Shown piece after piece: positions 62,262 to 64,000 of a stretch of DNA of 64,000 bases; within the stretch, counting starts at the first letter, position 1, and each line of letters opens with the position of its first letter. The stretch is from an uncultured Nitrospirales bacterium (GTDB lineage Bacteria; Hydrogenedentota; Hydrogenedentia; Hydrogenedentales; GCA-2746185): positions 2,175 to 66,174 of the forward strand of contig CAYPNI010000003.1 of the NCBI GenBank assembly GCA_964411925.1, read 5' to 3'. A model generated the notes under the pieces. That model had not been told where the DNA came from. It searched no databases and saw only the letters and a program-made list of their open reading frames with translations. A program made the translations under genes and the position numbers.

Positions 62262-64000
62262 ATGAATATCATCATCGCTCTCGCCGACGACCGAACCATC
62301 GTGGAGTCCCTTCGCGCCGCGCTGCCGAAGATTGACCTCCTGGTAGTGGAGAAGACCGTCCCGGACGCGCTGCGGCGGCTTGTGAGCATGCGACCCGATG
62401 CGATCGTGCTCGACGATTCGCGGAGTCTCGGCCTGGACGCGCTGCGCCAGATCATGGACTCCGCGCCGACCGTTCCGGTGGTCGCATTGCTGTCCAACGC
62501 GCATGGGGACACCGCATCGGCGTACTTCATGGCGGGGGCGCGGGCGTGCATTGCAAAACCGTTCAGCCTCGAAGAACTTGAAGAGGCCTTCGAGCGCTGC
62601 CGCGCGCCCGAGCCCGCGGCCGAGACACCGTTGGAGCCGGCGCCTTCGTTCACGCAGGCAAACTCGATAACGCAGCACCAGATGGCGCTTCGGTGGATGG
62701 GCCGGACGCTCGGCCACGCCGAGGACACCGCGCGGCTTGCGCAAGGCTTGATCGACGTGCTCGTTGACGCCTTCGACGCCGTACGCGCGTGCGTCCTGCT
62801 TCAAGCCAATAACGCCGTGCGGGTGGCCGCCAACCACGGCATCCCCCCCGCAGTGGCGAACGGCGTGCAGCTACGCTTCGACCAGGGCGTGATGCGGCGG
62901 CTCGAACAACAGCCCGCGCTGGTGGATCGGCGCCGCCTCTCCGCGAACGATTCCGCGGAGCGTGAGTTGTCGGTCCTGGGCGGCCGGTTCGCGCTACCGC
63001 TGATGACGGGCGGGCGCGTCTGCGGCGCGATCGTCGTCGGCGAGAAGGCCACCGGCACGGATTACGACCGGGACGAAATCGATCTGCTGCTCACGCTGGC
63101 CCGCGCGACATCCTCGTGCCTCGAGCGCGCGCAACGGCATCGGGACACCTCGCGCCAGCAATCGCGGCTCGACGCGGTGCTCGCCAATATCACCGCGGGC
63201 GTCGTGACGGTGGGCGCGGACAAGAAGATCACGATGATGAACGAGAGCGCGGAGCGAATTCTGCGCCTGAACGCGGCGGACCTTCTCGGACGGAGCGTAC
63301 AGAAACTGGGCTCCGCATTCGCCGATATCGTCCTGCGGACGATGAGAGATGCTACGCCGCGCGTGCGCCAGCGCGTGCGCGACGCGGCATTGCGCGCGGA
63401 ACTTGGCGTGAGCGTCACGCCGCTCGGCGCGGAGGGCGCGGTCGCAATATTCTCCGTGCTCACCTCGGACGACCGCGAGACCGAAGAAGAGATCGGGTTC
63501 AGCCCATTGTGGAAGTTCCTCGCAAACCGGGTCGCGCAGGAGATCAAAAACCCGATGGTGGCGATCAACACGTTCGCGCAGTTATTGCCGACCCGGTACG
63601 AGTCCGACGAATTCCGGCGGGAGTTTTCGGAGGTCGTCCAGGGTGAGGTGGGGCGCATCAACCAGGTGGTCGAGGCGCTGTACGAGTTTGCCGCCCAGCC
63701 ACGGCTCGAGTTCGCCGTCTCAGACCTGACCCGCGACGTCCAGGGCATCCTGAGCGATTTCGAGCATATCTTGAAGGAAAAGGGAATCCAGCTTCAGGCG
63801 CAGTACGAAACGAGCGAGATGCCCGTCCGCGTAGACAACCACCAATTCGCGCGAGCAGTGCGAAATGTGATACAAAACTCCATCGAAGCGATGCCTCACG
63901 GGGGAACGTTGAAGGTATCGACGCGCCGCGACAATGGCCGTTGCGAGTTGATCGTCGGCGATACCGGTACGGGGATCAACGAGGGCGATCGGCCGCTCGT
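62262..64000 (+). CDS. Receiver-GAF-PAS-kinase-like protein with Gln at the H-box histidine position; 3' end beyond window
   Basis: My own translation from ATG 62262: MNIIIALADDRTIVESL...DAIVLDDSRSLGLDAL...AKPF (REC); GAF (LPLMTGGRVCGAIVVGEK); PAS; H-box reads RVAQEIKNPMVAINTFAQLL. N-box NVIQNSIEAM and G1 GDTGTGI are present. Not in the track because there is no in-window stop. Confidence 0.8.
   Translation, partial: MNIIIALADDRTIVESLRAALPKIDLLVVEKTVPDALRRLVSMRPDAIVLDDSRSLGLDALRQIMDSAPTVPVVALLSNAHGDTASAYFMAGARACIAKPFSLEELEEAFERCRAPEPAAETPLEPAPSFTQANSITQHQMALRWMGRTLGHAEDTARLAQGLIDVLVDAFDAVRACVLLQANNAVRVAANHGIPPAVANGVQLRFDQGVMRRLEQQPALVDRRRLSANDSAERELSVLGGRFALPLMTGGRVCGAIVVGEKATGTDYDRDEIDLLLTLARATSSCLERAQRHRDTSRQQSRLDAVLANITAGVVTVGADKKITMMNESAERILRLNAADLLGRSVQKLGSAFADIVLRTMRDATPRVRQRVRDAALRAELGVSVTPLGAEGAVAIFSVLTSDDRETEEEIGFSPLWKFLANRVAQEIKNPMVAINTFAQLLPTRYESDEFRREFSEVVQGEVGRINQVVEALYEFAAQPRLEFAVSDLTRDVQGILSDFEHILKEKGIQLQAQYETSEMPVRVDNHQFARAVRNVIQNSIEAMPHGGTLKVSTRRDNGRCELIVGDTGTGINEGDRPL

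Noticed and set aside
1-64000. Mobile elements, prophage, defence islands and toxin-antitoxin pairs
   Set aside because: I recognised no integrase, transposase, recombinase, phage structural or known defence-system motifs in any frame. The only compositional anomaly is the short AT-rich control region at 56.6-56.8 kb.

Overview
High-GC (about two-thirds G+C by eye) bacterial chromosomal window. It is densely coding (about 55 CDS). I saw no rRNA, tRNA, CRISPR array, transposase or integrase. Many long ORFs in the supplied track are Arg/Ala/Gly-rich antisense shadows of the real genes, and several real genes start well inside their listed ORF. Two edge-truncated genes are missing from the track: an RND pump at 1-2689 and a REC-GAF-PAS-kinase at 62262-64000.

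Blocks:
1. 1-9.2 kb, minus strand: ohr, PaaI thioesterase, Tat-perhydrolase, isochorismatase, amidohydrolase, dps, MFP and RND pump, sitting behind an exact sigma-54 promoter and next to a PAS/GAF sigma-54 activator.
2. 12.5-17.2 kb: methyltransferase, Gfo/Idh/MocA oxidoreductase and TPR protein, with a convergent SGNH hydrolase and coiled-coil gene.
3. 17.4-24.9 kb: atu/liu-type acyl-CoA carboxylase catabolic operon ending in atuA, with a palindromic repeat family flanking the carboxyltransferase gene.
4. 27.0-27.5 kb: an apparently empty gap holding a second exact sigma-54 promoter aimed at an uncalled 62-codon ORF.
5. 30.2-33.9 kb: an LptD homologue with a large N-terminal beta-propeller and tandem-repeat extension.
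6. An ankyrin/zinc-ribbon protein, a tail-anchored coiled-coil protein, ridA, a TPR-zincin and two prealbumin-repeat proteins with a Cys-less thioredoxin fold.
7. moaA-moaC-mobA-moaD-moaE.
8. A PlsC/alpha-beta-hydrolase fusion.
9. A flagellar sub-cluster: fliM, fliN/Y, fliA, two unknown genes, a fliK-like gene and a stand-alone flhB C-terminal domain.
10. Glycosyltransferase and deacetylase, divergent from a Cys-less radical-SAM-like protein plus a FabF-like ketosynthase with a Cys-His-Gln triad, followed by a sensor kinase and a receiver-kinase whose H-box histidine is glutamine.

The most novel-looking items are the pseudo-radical-SAM/ketosynthase pair, the orphan sigma-54 promoter unit and the sigma-54-driven ohr-to-RND string. 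All functional calls rest on motif recognition by eye and were not checked against any database.
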